This document shows positions 28,411 to 38,221 of a stretch of DNA of 64,000 bases, piece after piece. The stretch spans positions 221-64,220 of the forward strand of contig JBAYIC010000002.1 in NCBI GenBank assembly GCA_041665845.1. The letters run 5' to 3'. The notes beneath the pieces are model-generated. The model had not been told where the DNA came from and made no database searches. It saw only the letters and a list, made by a program, of their open reading frames with translations. This stretch comes from Patescibacteria group bacterium. Its GTDB lineage: Bacteria; Patescibacteriota; Patescibacteriia; Patescibacteriales; UBA12465. Both the position numbers and the translations under genes were made by a program. How positions within the stretch are numbered: the first letter of the stretch is position 1; every line of letters starts with the position of its first letter.

Positions 28411-29271
28411 ATGAAGAATAATTTGTTAATCGGTTTTATCGGCCAGGGTTTTATCGGCAAAAATTATGCAGATGATTTTGAAAACCGCGGCTTTCAAGTT
28501 GTGCGTTATGCGAAAGAAGCACCTTATGAAACAAATAAAGAAAAAATCGCCGAGTGTGATTTAGTTTTTATTGCCGTCCCTACTCCGACAACTCCCAATG
28601 GTTTCAATTTTGATATTTTAAAAGAGGTTATTGGGTTAGTGGGCATAGGAAAATCAGCGATTGTGAAATCAACGATTTTACCGGGAACTTGCGAAGCTCT
28701 ACAAAATTTATATCCCGACCGTTTTGTTTTTCATTCCCCGGAATTTTTAACGGAAAAGACGGCCGCTTACGACGCCGCTCACCCGACCAGGAATATTATT
28801 GGTTATCCCGTTGATAATGAAGAATATCGCGCTAAGGCGCAAGAAATTTTAGATGTTCTACCTGATTCTCCTTTAAACATGATTTGCAAAGCGAAGGAGG
28901 CGGAACTTGTTAAATACGCAAGCAATAGTTTTTTATTTTTGAAAATTATTTATGCTAATATCTTGTATGATTTAGCAGCTAAAGAAGGAAGTGATTGGAA
29001 TAAGATTAGCGCGGGGATGGCCGCTGATCCCAGAATCGGGGCTTCTCATTTACAACCCGCTCATGCTTCGGGAATAGATGGAAAAGTCGGGCGCGGGGCG
29101 GGTGGACATTGTTTTGTAAAAGATTTTGCTGCTTTGTTGGAGTATATTAGTTGCGTGGGCGATGATAAATTAGGCGAACAATTTTTGCGCTTGGCAGAAG
29201 AAAAGAACCTAGAATTGTTAAAAGAGAGTGGTAAGGATGCGGATATAATTAGAGAAGTTTATGGCGTGTAG
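28411..29271 (+). CDS. UDP-glucose/GDP-mannose dehydrogenase family protein, short form lacking the C-terminal domain
   Basis: N-terminal Rossmann IGFIGQGFIGKN, then HSPEFLTEKTA and the catalytic-Cys motif GGHCFVKD. Only ~55 aa follow that motif (286 aa total). Confidence 0.6.
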   Translation: MKNNLLIGFIGQGFIGKNYADDFENRGFQVVRYAKEAPYETNKEKIAECDLVFIAVPTPTTPNGFNFDILKEVIGLVGIGKSAIVKSTILPGTCEALQNLYPDRFVFHSPEFLTEKTAAYDAAHPTRNIIGYPVDNEEYRAKAQEILDVLPDSPLNMICKAKEAELVKYASNSFLFLKIIYANILYDLAAKEGSDWNKISAGMAADPRIGASHLQPAHASGIDGKVGRGAGGHCFVKDFAALLEYISCVGDDKLGEQFLRLAEEKNLELLKESGKDADIIREVYGV

Positions 29272-29355
29272 CGTTAAATCCGCAGACATCGTTGACTTTT
29301 TAAATAGTTTTAAGTATACTTAAAATATATTATAAAATAGCAATAACTTTTAAGT

Positions 29356-30573
29356 ATGAACAAAACATATCAAAATCGTCCTTATTATTTAAACAAGATT
29401 AGGCCTTTTATTGGGTTGGATTTGATTAAGGTTTTAATCGGGCAACGTCGGGTGGGTAAAAGCTATATTTTATTTCAGTTAATGGATGAAATTAAAACTA
29501 AGAATAAAAAAGCAAACATCGTTTATATTAATAAAGAAGAAAATGAGTATGATGCTATTGTTGATTATCGTGATTTAATTACTTATGCCGAACAACGCAT
29601 CAAGCGAGGTGTAAAGAATTATTTATTTATTGATGAAATTCAGGATATCGAAAATTTTGAAAAGGCTTTGCGTCATTTAGCCGCTAAGAAAATTTTTGAT
29701 TTATATTGTACAGGTAGTAACGCTCGTTTGTTGTCTTCGGAAATTGCTACTGGCCTATCGGGGCGTTATATCGAAATCCCTATTCATGCCTTGTCTTATC
29801 AAGAGTTCTTGCAATTTCATAACCTTAAATCTAGCGAAGAAACATTAAATAAATATATACGCTATGGCGGGTTGCCGTTTTTGGCTAACTTAGATTTAAA
29901 AGATGAAATCGTTTATGGTTATTTACAAAGCATTTATAGTACCATTGTTTTAAAAGATGTTGTTGCTCGGTTTAATATAAGAAATATTAATTTTCTTAAT
30001 CGGTTATTAGAGTATGTCGCTGATAATATTGGTTCTTTGGTATCAGCCAAAAGGATAAGTGATTTTTTAAAGTCACAAAAAACTCAAACAACGCCAAATA
30101 AAGTTTTAGATTATTTATCCTATTTATGCTCTAGTTTTATTATTAGCGAGGTTAATCGGGCGGATATTAAGGGTAAAAAGATTTTTGAAATTAATGAAAA
30201 ATATTATTGGGAAGATTTAGGTTTACGAAATTCTTTAGTTGGCTATAAATCAGTTGAAATTGGCCAGATGTTAGAAAATTTAGTTTTTTTACACTTATCA
30301 AGATTAGGATTTAAAGTTAATGTTGGTCAGCTGGAAAATAAAGAAATTGATTTTGTGGCTGAAAAAGAGGGAAAGAAAATTTATGTTCAAGTCGCTTATT
30401 TAATTAGCAATAAATCAGTTAAGGAGAGGGAGTTTGGCAATTTATTAGAGATACCAGATAATTATCAAAAAATTGTTGTTTCTATGGATAAATTAATAGG
30501 CGAAGGCTATAAAGGTGTTAAGCATTATCATATTATGGATTTTTTGCAGGATGATACAATATTATTTGTTTAA
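29356..30573 (+). CDS. AAA-type ATPase with C-terminal DUF4143-like nuclease-fold domain
   Basis: Walker A GQRRVGKS and Walker B LFIDEIQ. C-terminal EIDFVAEKEGKKIYVQV. Confidence 0.75.
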   Translation: MNKTYQNRPYYLNKIRPFIGLDLIKVLIGQRRVGKSYILFQLMDEIKTKNKKANIVYINKEENEYDAIVDYRDLITYAEQRIKRGVKNYLFIDEIQDIENFEKALRHLAAKKIFDLYCTGSNARLLSSEIATGLSGRYIEIPIHALSYQEFLQFHNLKSSEETLNKYIRYGGLPFLANLDLKDEIVYGYLQSIYSTIVLKDVVARFNIRNINFLNRLLEYVADNIGSLVSAKRISDFLKSQKTQTTPNKVLDYLSYLCSSFIISEVNRADIKGKKIFEINEKYYWEDLGLRNSLVGYKSVEIGQMLENLVFLHLSRLGFKVNVGQLENKEIDFVAEKEGKKIYVQVAYLISNKSVKEREFGNLLEIPDNYQKIVVSMDKLIGEGYKGVKHYHIMDFLQDDTILFV

Positions 30574-30584
30574 TTTGACTTTAA

Positions 30585-31877
30585 ATGTTAGATAAAATAT
30601 TTTCTAAAATTGAAAAGTTCATGCCAGAGAAATGGTTCCACGTTTTGAACCATGAAGGATTCAAGCGCTATTTTGCCAATACCGGCTGGATGTTTTTTGG
30701 ACAAATGTTTTCGCTACTGGTTTCTTTCTTTATTGGCGCTTGGATCGCTAGGTATTTGGGACCGGAAAAGTATGGCTTGGTTAGTTATGTAGTTGCGTTT
30801 GTCGGCTTGTTTGGGTTTGTTAGTACTTTGGGGACCGATGGAATTTTAAATAGGGAATTAGTTAGTCATCCGGAGAAAAGAGATGAGTTGATGGGAACCG
30901 GCTTTCGTATAAGAATGATAGGAGGGGTTTTAGCTTTTTTAATTTCGACGATAGCCGCCTTTATCTTAGGCGAAAATAGTTATACTCGTGCGCTCATTAT
31001 AATGTTTGGTGTCTCATTTTTATTACAAGCCCCTTATATTATAAATATTTTCTTTTATTCTCAGGTTAAAGCTAAAGAAAACATAAAGGCTCAGGTTATT
31101 TCAGCGGTTATATCTTCAATATTGAAGATCATCCTTATATTATCAGGCGGAGGGGTTATCTGGCTCTTAGTCGTATTTGTCGCTGATTCTATCTGGCAGG
31201 GAATATTACTTTTCTTTTTTTATCAGGCACAGGGTTTTAGCTTTTTAAGATGGAAGTTTAAAAAAGATTTAGCAAAAGAAATTTGGCGTGATTCTTGGCC
31301 TTTAATGCTATCTTCCGCCGCCGCTTTCATTTACTTAAAAATTGATCAAGTAATGGTGGGAAAAATAATGGGTGATTCGGCAGTTGGTATATATGCGGCC
31401 GGAGTTAAAATCACTGAAATATTTTATTTTTTGCCAGGAATAATCTGCGGTTCGCTCTTTCCGGCCATTGTTAATGCTCGTAATACTAATAAAGATTTGT
31501 ATTACAGGCGTTTAAAGAATTTTTATTTTTTATTGGGCTCTCTTGGCTTTCTGGTTGCCGCTCCAATTGCCTTTTTTGCTAAACCGATAATCAGTATTAT
31601 TTTCGGCTCTGAATATTTAGCCGCTATTCCAGTTTTACAAATTTATATTTGGTCTAGCATAGGATTATTTCTTGCTGCAGCCGCTGGTCAGCAATTGATG
31701 GCGGAAAATAGAAGTAAAGATATTTTTTTAGTTAATTTTATTTCCATGATTATAAACGTGGGTTTAAATTTTATTTTAATACCTAAATTAGGAATTATTG
31801 GAGCCGCAGTAGCAACGCTCATTACTTATTTTGTTACTCCGACTTGGATGCTATTTTTAAAGAGAAAAAACATATAG
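30585..31877 (+). CDS. Polysaccharide flippase (Wzx/MOP superfamily)
   Basis: 430 aa with about 12 TM helices, located in a glycan locus. Confidence 0.75.
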   Translation: MLDKIFSKIEKFMPEKWFHVLNHEGFKRYFANTGWMFFGQMFSLLVSFFIGAWIARYLGPEKYGLVSYVVAFVGLFGFVSTLGTDGILNRELVSHPEKRDELMGTGFRIRMIGGVLAFLISTIAAFILGENSYTRALIIMFGVSFLLQAPYIINIFFYSQVKAKENIKAQVISAVISSILKIILILSGGGVIWLLVVFVADSIWQGILLFFFYQAQGFSFLRWKFKKDLAKEIWRDSWPLMLSSAAAFIYLKIDQVMVGKIMGDSAVGIYAAGVKITEIFYFLPGIICGSLFPAIVNARNTNKDLYYRRLKNFYFLLGSLGFLVAAPIAFFAKPIISIIFGSEYLAAIPVLQIYIWSSIGLFLAAAAGQQLMAENRSKDIFLVNFISMIINVGLNFILIPKLGIIGAAVATLITYFVTPTWMLFLKRKNI

Positions 31878-31881
31878 TTAT

Positions 31882-32970
31882 ATGAAAACCCTTCTTGTTA
31901 TAACTAAAGCAGAAATAGGCGGAGCTCAGTCTTTTATTTTAACTTTGGCTAAGGGTTTAAAAAAGTGTGAGAATCAAGTCGCTGTTGCCGCCGGAGAGGG
32001 GAATTTTTTACCGGAAGAATTAAAAAAAGAAAACATTAATTTTTTTCGCCTTAATAATTTAAAAAGAAGTAGAAATCCGTTAGCCATAATTGGTTTTATT
32101 TTAGAACTAAAGAAATTGATAGATAAAAATAGTTTTGATGTTTTACATTTAAATAGTACAAATACCTTGCCGGGAGTTCTGGCCGCCAAATTATCTAAAT
32201 TAAAACCAAAAATTATTTTTACGATGCACGGGCTTTCTGTCTTGGATCCTAACTATAATGCGTCAAAATTTATAAAATTTATTTTTAAGATTTATTTTAA
32301 GTTTTTTTTACGTTTTGTTGATAAAGTTGTTTTTGTAAGTAAATGTAATTTAATAGAGGCAACAAAACAGAAAATAATAAAAGACGGAACGGTTATATAT
32401 AACGGGCTTGATATAAATCAGAATTATTTTTTAACTAAGAATCAGGCTAGGGAAGAACTCGGTAAATTAATTAATGTTAGTTTGTCCGAAGATTATTTAA
32501 TTGGTTCAATTGGGAGATTAGCTCCTCAAAAAAACTATAATTTTATTATTAACGCTTGGCCAGAAATAAAAAAAATAAAAGCTAATGCAAAATTAATAAT
32601 TATTGGTGAGGGGCCAGAGAGAGAAAAATATCAAAGATTAATTAAGTCCATCGGAGCTTTAAATGATATATTTTTAGTCGGAGAAATAATAGATGCTAGT
32701 AGATTTCTTAAGGGTCTAGATATTTTTGTTTTGCCATCTGTTTACGAAGGGCTATCCATTTCTTTGATTGAGGCCGGCTTTTCCGATATTTCAATTTTAG
32801 CAAGTGATGTTGGAGGCAATAGTGAAATAGTTAACGCTGAAAATTGCTTTATTTTTGATGACCAAAAAGACTTCTTAGATAAATTAAGTAAAAATATGGT
32901 TGCTCGTATAGATCAAGCTCCTTTTTCCGCCAAGGTTATGATTAAGAGATATCAAGAAATTTATGAGTAA
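31882..32970 (+). CDS. Glycosyltransferase family 4 (GT-B)
   Basis: N-terminal GGAQSF. C-terminal PSVYEGLSISLIEAG (EX7E region). Confidence 0.8.
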   Translation: MKTLLVITKAEIGGAQSFILTLAKGLKKCENQVAVAAGEGNFLPEELKKENINFFRLNNLKRSRNPLAIIGFILELKKLIDKNSFDVLHLNSTNTLPGVLAAKLSKLKPKIIFTMHGLSVLDPNYNASKFIKFIFKIYFKFFLRFVDKVVFVSKCNLIEATKQKIIKDGTVIYNGLDINQNYFLTKNQAREELGKLINVSLSEDYLIGSIGRLAPQKNYNFIINAWPEIKKIKANAKLIIIGEGPEREKYQRLIKSIGALNDIFLVGEIIDASRFLKGLDIFVLPSVYEGLSISLIEAGFSDISILASDVGGNSEIVNAENCFIFDDQKDFLDKLSKNMVARIDQAPFSAKVMIKRYQEIYE

Positions 32971-34072
32971 TGAAATAATACAACAAAAGAAAATAATGTT
33001 TTTAATCACGGGTTCTGATATTGGTGGAGCAGAAATTGTTGTAAAAAATTTAATTTTTAATCTTGATCAGAATAGATTTTCGCCAATTTTTGTTTCTATT
33101 AGACCATTAGGAAAAATAGGTAAGGAGGTGAGTAAGATATCAAGGACCTTTAGTCTGGGGGCGAGCAAAAAATTTAACCCGCTGCTTCTTTGGCGCTTAT
33201 GGTCATTATTAAGAAAAGAAAGACCAGCTATTTTGCATTGCCATCTCTTTCATGCCAATTTCTTAGGAAGAATCATTGGTACAATGGCCCGTATTCCATT
33301 TATTATTTCGACTGTTCATTCGGATAATTTTGGAAGCAAATTAAGATATTTTTTGCTTAGAATAACGGATAGACTAAATGATATGACAGTGGCCGTTTCT
33401 GAAAAAATCAAAAATGACCTTATAAAAAATAAAATTACAAATGAAAATAAAGTCAAAGTAATTTATAATGGCATAATTGAGTATAGAAATAATGTACCGA
33501 CTGAAGAAGTTGATAGCATAAAAGAAAAATTAAATCTAGCCAATTCTAATCCTATAATTTTATCAGTCGGGCGTCTTGATATAGTTAAAGGACATATTTA
33601 TCTGGTGAGAGCGGTTAAATTGTTAAAAGAAAAATATAAAAATTTAAAATTAATTTTAATTGGTGATGGTCCGGAAAGAAGATTTTTAGAAAAAGAGGTA
33701 TGGAATTTAAATTTAACTGACGACGTTTTGTTTTTAGGTGAAATTACCGACTTAGATGTTTATTACCAATTGGCTAATATCTTTGTTTTACCTTCTATAA
33801 ATGAAGGCTTCGGGTTGGCCGCTCTTGAGGCGATGAGTAATAGATTGCTCGTTGTTGCTAGTCAAGTTGGTGGCATTCCAGAAATAATACAAGATAAAAT
33901 AAGCGGTTTTATGTTTCAGTCTTGCAATCCGGAAGAGCTATCAATAAAAATAGATCAAGCGCTGTCTGTATCAACGGAAGAAAAAGAAAAAATTATAAAT
34001 AATGCTTATAATAACTTTAAAGAAAATTTTTCTTTGGATAAAATGTTGGATAATTATTATAAACTTTACTAA
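32963..34072 (+). CDS. Glycosyltransferase family 4 (GT-B)
   Basis: GGAEIVV and PSINEGFGLAALEAMSN. Confidence 0.8.
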   Translation: MSNEIIQQKKIMFLITGSDIGGAEIVVKNLIFNLDQNRFSPIFVSIRPLGKIGKEVSKISRTFSLGASKKFNPLLLWRLWSLLRKERPAILHCHLFHANFLGRIIGTMARIPFIISTVHSDNFGSKLRYFLLRITDRLNDMTVAVSEKIKNDLIKNKITNENKVKVIYNGIIEYRNNVPTEEVDSIKEKLNLANSNPIILSVGRLDIVKGHIYLVRAVKLLKEKYKNLKLILIGDGPERRFLEKEVWNLNLTDDVLFLGEITDLDVYYQLANIFVLPSINEGFGLAALEAMSNRLLVVASQVGGIPEIIQDKISGFMFQSCNPEELSIKIDQALSVSTEEKEKIINNAYNNFKENFSLDKMLDNYYKLY

Positions 34073-34087
34073 ACCGTATAATACAAA

Positions 34088-34108
34088 AGAGGCCATTTTA
34101 AAGCCTCT
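34088..34108. terminator. Hairpin between convergent genes
   Basis: AGAGGC (34088-34093) pairs with GCCTCT (34103-34108). The loop is 9 nt. Confidence 0.45.
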
Positions 34109-34113
34109 CTTTG

Positions 34114-34899
34114 TTAGTTGTCATTATAATCGCTATCTTCCAGTTTGTATAATTTCCAGTATTTGCTAGTTAGGGACATATTTTTCGTTAACGGAGTTCC
34201 TTGGTAATCTGCCAAAGTCATTGGCTCAACTTTACTGCCGCCAGCGATTGCGTAATCATACATCGATATTTTTTTATCACCGCAGATATGAATTATAGGT
34301 TGTTTTGGTTCTTCGCTTACAATATCTTTCAGCCCTTTGGCAACCCCTTGGGCAAATAAATATGTTCCATATCTATCAGTAAAGGCTTTTGGGTATTTCC
34401 AGGGCATGCTGGTAAAATTAGTTCTCACTATAGTTACTTTCATTTTTTGGCTATTGTATGTTTTTGCAATTTCTTCCGCTACATATTTTGTTAATCCGTA
34501 ATAATGTTTCGGATAGGGGAGACTATCCTCGTCCTCCATCGTCTCGTTATCAGTACCCGGGAATATACAGGCAGTATTTAGATATATAAAATGCTTAACT
34601 CCATTTTTCTTGGATATATTTATGATGTTTTTTGTTCCCTTAACGTTTGTTTCATATGCTTCCCGTTGGTTGGTTTCGCATAACGGAATATCGGCCATAG
34701 CCGCTAAATGAATAACAATATTAATTTGTTTATTTAAAAAGTACGTTATTATACTTTTTTTATCTAGTATATTTAACTCAGTGCTATTCGGATATTGTGC
34801 ATTTGGAAATATTTTTTTACAAGCTTTACCAAGCCTACCAGAACCACCCGTAAATAATATTTTTTCTTCTTTTATCATACTATTTAATAAATCCTCCAT
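34114..34899 (-). CDS. SDR-family sugar-nucleotide 4-reductase/epimerase (RmlD/FnlB-like)
   Basis: Rossmann FTGGSGRLG and YxxxK in YYGLTKYVAEE. 261 aa. An alternative start lies at 34878. Confidence 0.7.
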   Translation of the reverse strand: MEDLLNSMIKEEKILFTGGSGRLGKACKKIFPNAQYPNSTELNILDKKSIITYFLNKQINIVIHLAAMADIPLCETNQREAYETNVKGTKNIINISKKNGVKHFIYLNTACIFPGTDNETMEDEDSLPYPKHYYGLTKYVAEEIAKTYNSQKMKVTIVRTNFTSMPWKYPKAFTDRYGTYLFAQGVAKGLKDIVSEEPKQPIIHICGDKKISMYDYAIAGGSKVEPMTLADYQGTPLTKNMSLTSKYWKLYKLEDSDYNDN

Positions 34900-35872
34900 C
34901 TTGTAATATAGTTTTAATTTCAGACATATTCATAAGCACATCATTTGATGAGTATTCTGCAAAAGATGCTTTACTAAAATTTTTATATTTTTCTTCCAAG
35001 CCCTCAATTTTAACTTGAGGTAAAATTACATAATAATTTTCATCATACTGATAGCTCGAAGGTGATTCGTGTTTACTGATTAAGCATTCATGAATTTTTT
35101 CTCCCGGCCTAAGCCCGATTTCTTTTGTAGATGTTTGTTTATTGCCAAATTCATTTATTAACACTTCTACTAAATCAACCATTTTACAGGCCGGCATTTT
35201 CATTACAAATGTTTCTCCGCCCAAGCTATCTTCGGCCGCTTTAAATAAAAGACTAATAGCCTGTTCTTGAGTCATATAATATCTGGTCATGTTTTTGTCC
35301 GTAATAGATATGGTATTGAATCTTTTTATTTGATCTATAAAGAACGGTACGACGCTACCATTAGTTCCTAGTACGTTGCCTCCACGAATACAAACAAATT
35401 TTGTTTTACTGGAGCTTGTGTTGGCGTTTATTATTAATCGCTCTCCAACTGCCTTGGTCATCCCATAAAAATTAAAAGGATTAACGGCTTTATCAGTAGA
35501 AACATCAATAACTTTTTTTATGCCGTTCTCTTTAGCGGCTTCTATTACATTTTGTGTTCCAAGGATATTTGTTTTAATCGCCTCATCCGGTTGTTCTTCG
35601 CAGATAGGTACATGTTTTAAAGCGGCTAAATGAAATACGTAATCTACTCCCTTGAAGGCTTTTTTAACTTGGTTATAATCTCGAATATCACCTATGATAA
35701 ATTTTATTTTAGGGTCGTTAAATTTCCTTTGCATGTTAACTTGTTGAAGTTCACTTCTGGAATATACAATAATTTGCTTTGGCTCTTTTTCAAGCATTTG
35801 TTTGGTTAATTCGTTACCCCAGGAGCCGGTTCCGCCAGTTATCAAAATAACTTGATTTTTAAACATCGACAT
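34880..35872 (-). CDS. UDP-GlcNAc 4,6-dehydratase (PseB/FlaA1/CapD-FnlA family)
   Basis: ILITGGTGSWGNEL, VFHLAALKHVP, and YGMTK (YxxxK). 330 aa. Confidence 0.8.
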   Translation of the reverse strand: MSMFKNQVILITGGTGSWGNELTKQMLEKEPKQIIVYSRSELQQVNMQRKFNDPKIKFIIGDIRDYNQVKKAFKGVDYVFHLAALKHVPICEEQPDEAIKTNILGTQNVIEAAKENGIKKVIDVSTDKAVNPFNFYGMTKAVGERLIINANTSSSKTKFVCIRGGNVLGTNGSVVPFFIDQIKRFNTISITDKNMTRYYMTQEQAISLLFKAAEDSLGGETFVMKMPACKMVDLVEVLINEFGNKQTSTKEIGLRPGEKIHECLISKHESPSSYQYDENYYVILPQVKIEGLEEKYKNFSKASFAEYSSNDVLMNMSEIKTILQDGGFIK

Positions 35873-35873
35873 A

Positions 35874-36950
35874 TTATTTTTTTAATAATAACTTAACTAT
35901 TTTATTAGATACATTTTTATCAGAGTAGCCTTTTGGTTGTTTCCAATTAGTTTTCTTTTTTAACATTATTTTAACACATGCAAGAATTTTTCTACTATTT
36001 AATCCCGAAATAATATTACTTCCGCACGCTATGGTTTCCGGTCTTTCGGTTGTCATTCTAATTGTTACAGCCGGGACTCTTAATATACAGCATTCTTCTT
36101 GCACGGTCCCGCTATCACTAATAGCGCAGATTGCATTTTTTTCTAATTTTACAAAATCAAAAAAGCCAAACGGTTCAAACAATTGTATTAACTTATTGCT
36201 AGGCTTGATATTATATTTTTCCATCTTTTCCTTAGTTCGCGGATGCAAGCTACCTATAATAGGCATTTTATATTGTTCAGCAATTAAATCAAGCCCTTTG
36301 AATATCTCGGTTAATCTTTTAGGATTATCTACATTTTCCGCTCGGTGAGATGTAAAAATAAAATATTGTTTTTTTTGTATATTTAATAAATTAAGTATTT
36401 TGCTGTTATCTATTTCCTTCTGGAAATTAATTAACACTTCGTTTATCGGGTTGCCAGTGATAATGGTTTTTTGCTTATCATGCCCCTCTTTCATTAAGTT
36501 TTTATAGCTGCCTGGGGTATAGGGTAAATTATATGATGAGGCGGCGTCTATAATATGTCTATTTTTTTCTTCAGGAACAGCTAAATCATGACATCTATTT
36601 CCCGCCTCCATGTGGTATACCGGGATCATCATTTTTTCGGCTATTATAGCGGCTAAGCCACTGTTTGTGTCTCCCAATATTAGCACTTTATCCGGTTTTA
36701 CTTTTTCTAATATCCTGTGTGTTTCTTTCATTATTGTACTGAGTTGCGGACCGATAGAGGAATTAATTGCATTTAAATAAAAATCCGGTTGTCGCAGTTT
36801 TAATTGTTTAAAAAAGATATCTTTTAAATTTGAGGAATAATTTTGTCCAGTATGAACTAATATGTGCTCTGAACATTTATCCAATTTTTTAATAATTGTA
36901 CTTAGACGTATTATCTCTGGTCTTGTTCCTAAAATTGTTACTATTTTCAT
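35874..36950 (-). CDS. UDP-(6-deoxy-)HexNAc 2-epimerase (WecB/FnlC-CapG family)
   Basis: ILGTRPEIIRLS..LVHTGQNY..RQPDFYLN. 358 aa. Confidence 0.8.
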   Translation of the reverse strand: MKIVTILGTRPEIIRLSTIIKKLDKCSEHILVHTGQNYSSNLKDIFFKQLKLRQPDFYLNAINSSIGPQLSTIMKETHRILEKVKPDKVLILGDTNSGLAAIIAEKMMIPVYHMEAGNRCHDLAVPEEKNRHIIDAASSYNLPYTPGSYKNLMKEGHDKQKTIITGNPINEVLINFQKEIDNSKILNLLNIQKKQYFIFTSHRAENVDNPKRLTEIFKGLDLIAEQYKMPIIGSLHPRTKEKMEKYNIKPSNKLIQLFEPFGFFDFVKLEKNAICAISDSGTVQEECCILRVPAVTIRMTTERPETIACGSNIISGLNSRKILACVKIMLKKKTNWKQPKGYSDKNVSNKIVKLLLKK

Positions 36951-38221
36951 ATATTATTAATAATTTGAGTAAATTTTTTTGCGTTTGTGCGGGCATCGTG
37001 ATTGCGATAAAACACACTGGCCGCGTTTAATACTAATTGTTTAGAATAAATATGGTTATTAGATAGCTTATCTATAGCAATTTTTAATTTATCAATATTT
37101 TCTTCATCAACTACTTCAGCAAAATTATTTTCTTTTCCATATTTAGCGATAAAAGAATATTTAGGCGCATGTATTAAAATTGGTCTTCCTGAGATTAGAT
37201 AATCCGTTAATTTGCCCGGGCTCGCAGTTCTTATTATATCGGGAGCTTCAGTATTCCAAGAGAGAGGAAGAAATAGAATATCCGCCTCGCTTTGAATTCT
37301 TGGCATATCTGATTGCGCCGCCGCCGTAAATTTTATTTTTTTGTTATCTTGGTATTTATTTATTAGATTAGTGGGCGGGGAAGGACAGTAAATAGATATT
37401 TCTATGTTTTCCGTTTGGTTATTATTTATTAGTTTTAATAGGTTGTCTAGAGATGTTTCTTGCGGCCAATAAATATTTCCAGTAAAGACTATACTTATTT
37501 TATCATCGGTTTTTTTAATTGTAGTCGGAATGATATTTTCATAATTTTCAGGGAATACGCAGTTATGGATTATGGTATATTTTTCTTCCATCCCATATTT
37601 ATTTAGATAATAATCCTTGGTTGCGCCGTTAGTTACTATTATGTTTTTAGCAGTTTTAAATATAATTGGTTCAGCAAATTTTGCTATGGCGTTATACGGA
37701 AAACTTAATTGGTTCCCATAATATAAATCAAATAAATAAATAGCAAAGGGTTTCTTTAGTATCTTTGATAATATTAAAGTTGATACTAAATTAATTTCTA
37801 CATCCGATAGTCCAATAATTAAATCTATTTTTTTATTTTTTGTTATTTCTTTACCCTGCTTTATTATTTTATTTATTAGCGATAAGCTTACTAATAAGAA
37901 CTTAAGCAATGATGCTAAATTTTTTATTGCTTTGAATATAAAAGAGAATTTTTTTATAAAATAGTAATACCTCTTTTTTGGAAGTTCTGGATCTATAATA
38001 AAATTTTTAGTCTCTTCGTCGTAAAAGAAGTAGTCGCATTCCAACTTCGTTCCGAATTTTCCCTCTTTGCCTTTTAAATTTTGTTTGCTTGTTAAAATGC
38101 AATAATCGTCTGGGTTTATATTTGCAAAAATATTATAAAGATTCTGCGCACCTCCTATTTTTGGTGGTGCCCAAGAAGATAATAATAGTATTTTTTTATT
38201 TAGATTTAATTGCTCTATCAT
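36947..38221 (-). CDS. GT-B fold glycosyltransferase-like protein
   Basis: Start at M22 (ATG 38221) limits overlap with the upstream gene to 26 nt. Contains KILLLSSWAPPKIGGAQN and SPGKLTDYLISGRPIL. Confidence 0.55.
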   Translation of the reverse strand: MIEQLNLNKKILLLSSWAPPKIGGAQNLYNIFANINPDDYCILTSKQNLKGKEGKFGTKLECDYFFYDEETKNFIIDPELPKKRYYYFIKKFSFIFKAIKNLASLLKFLLVSLSLINKIIKQGKEITKNKKIDLIIGLSDVEINLVSTLILSKILKKPFAIYLFDLYYGNQLSFPYNAIAKFAEPIIFKTAKNIIVTNGATKDYYLNKYGMEEKYTIIHNCVFPENYENIIPTTIKKTDDKISIVFTGNIYWPQETSLDNLLKLINNNQTENIEISIYCPSPPTNLINKYQDNKKIKFTAAAQSDMPRIQSEADILFLPLSWNTEAPDIIRTASPGKLTDYLISGRPILIHAPKYSFIAKYGKENNFAEVVDEENIDKLKIAIDKLSNNHIYSKQLVLNAASVFYRNHDARTNAKKFTQIINNI

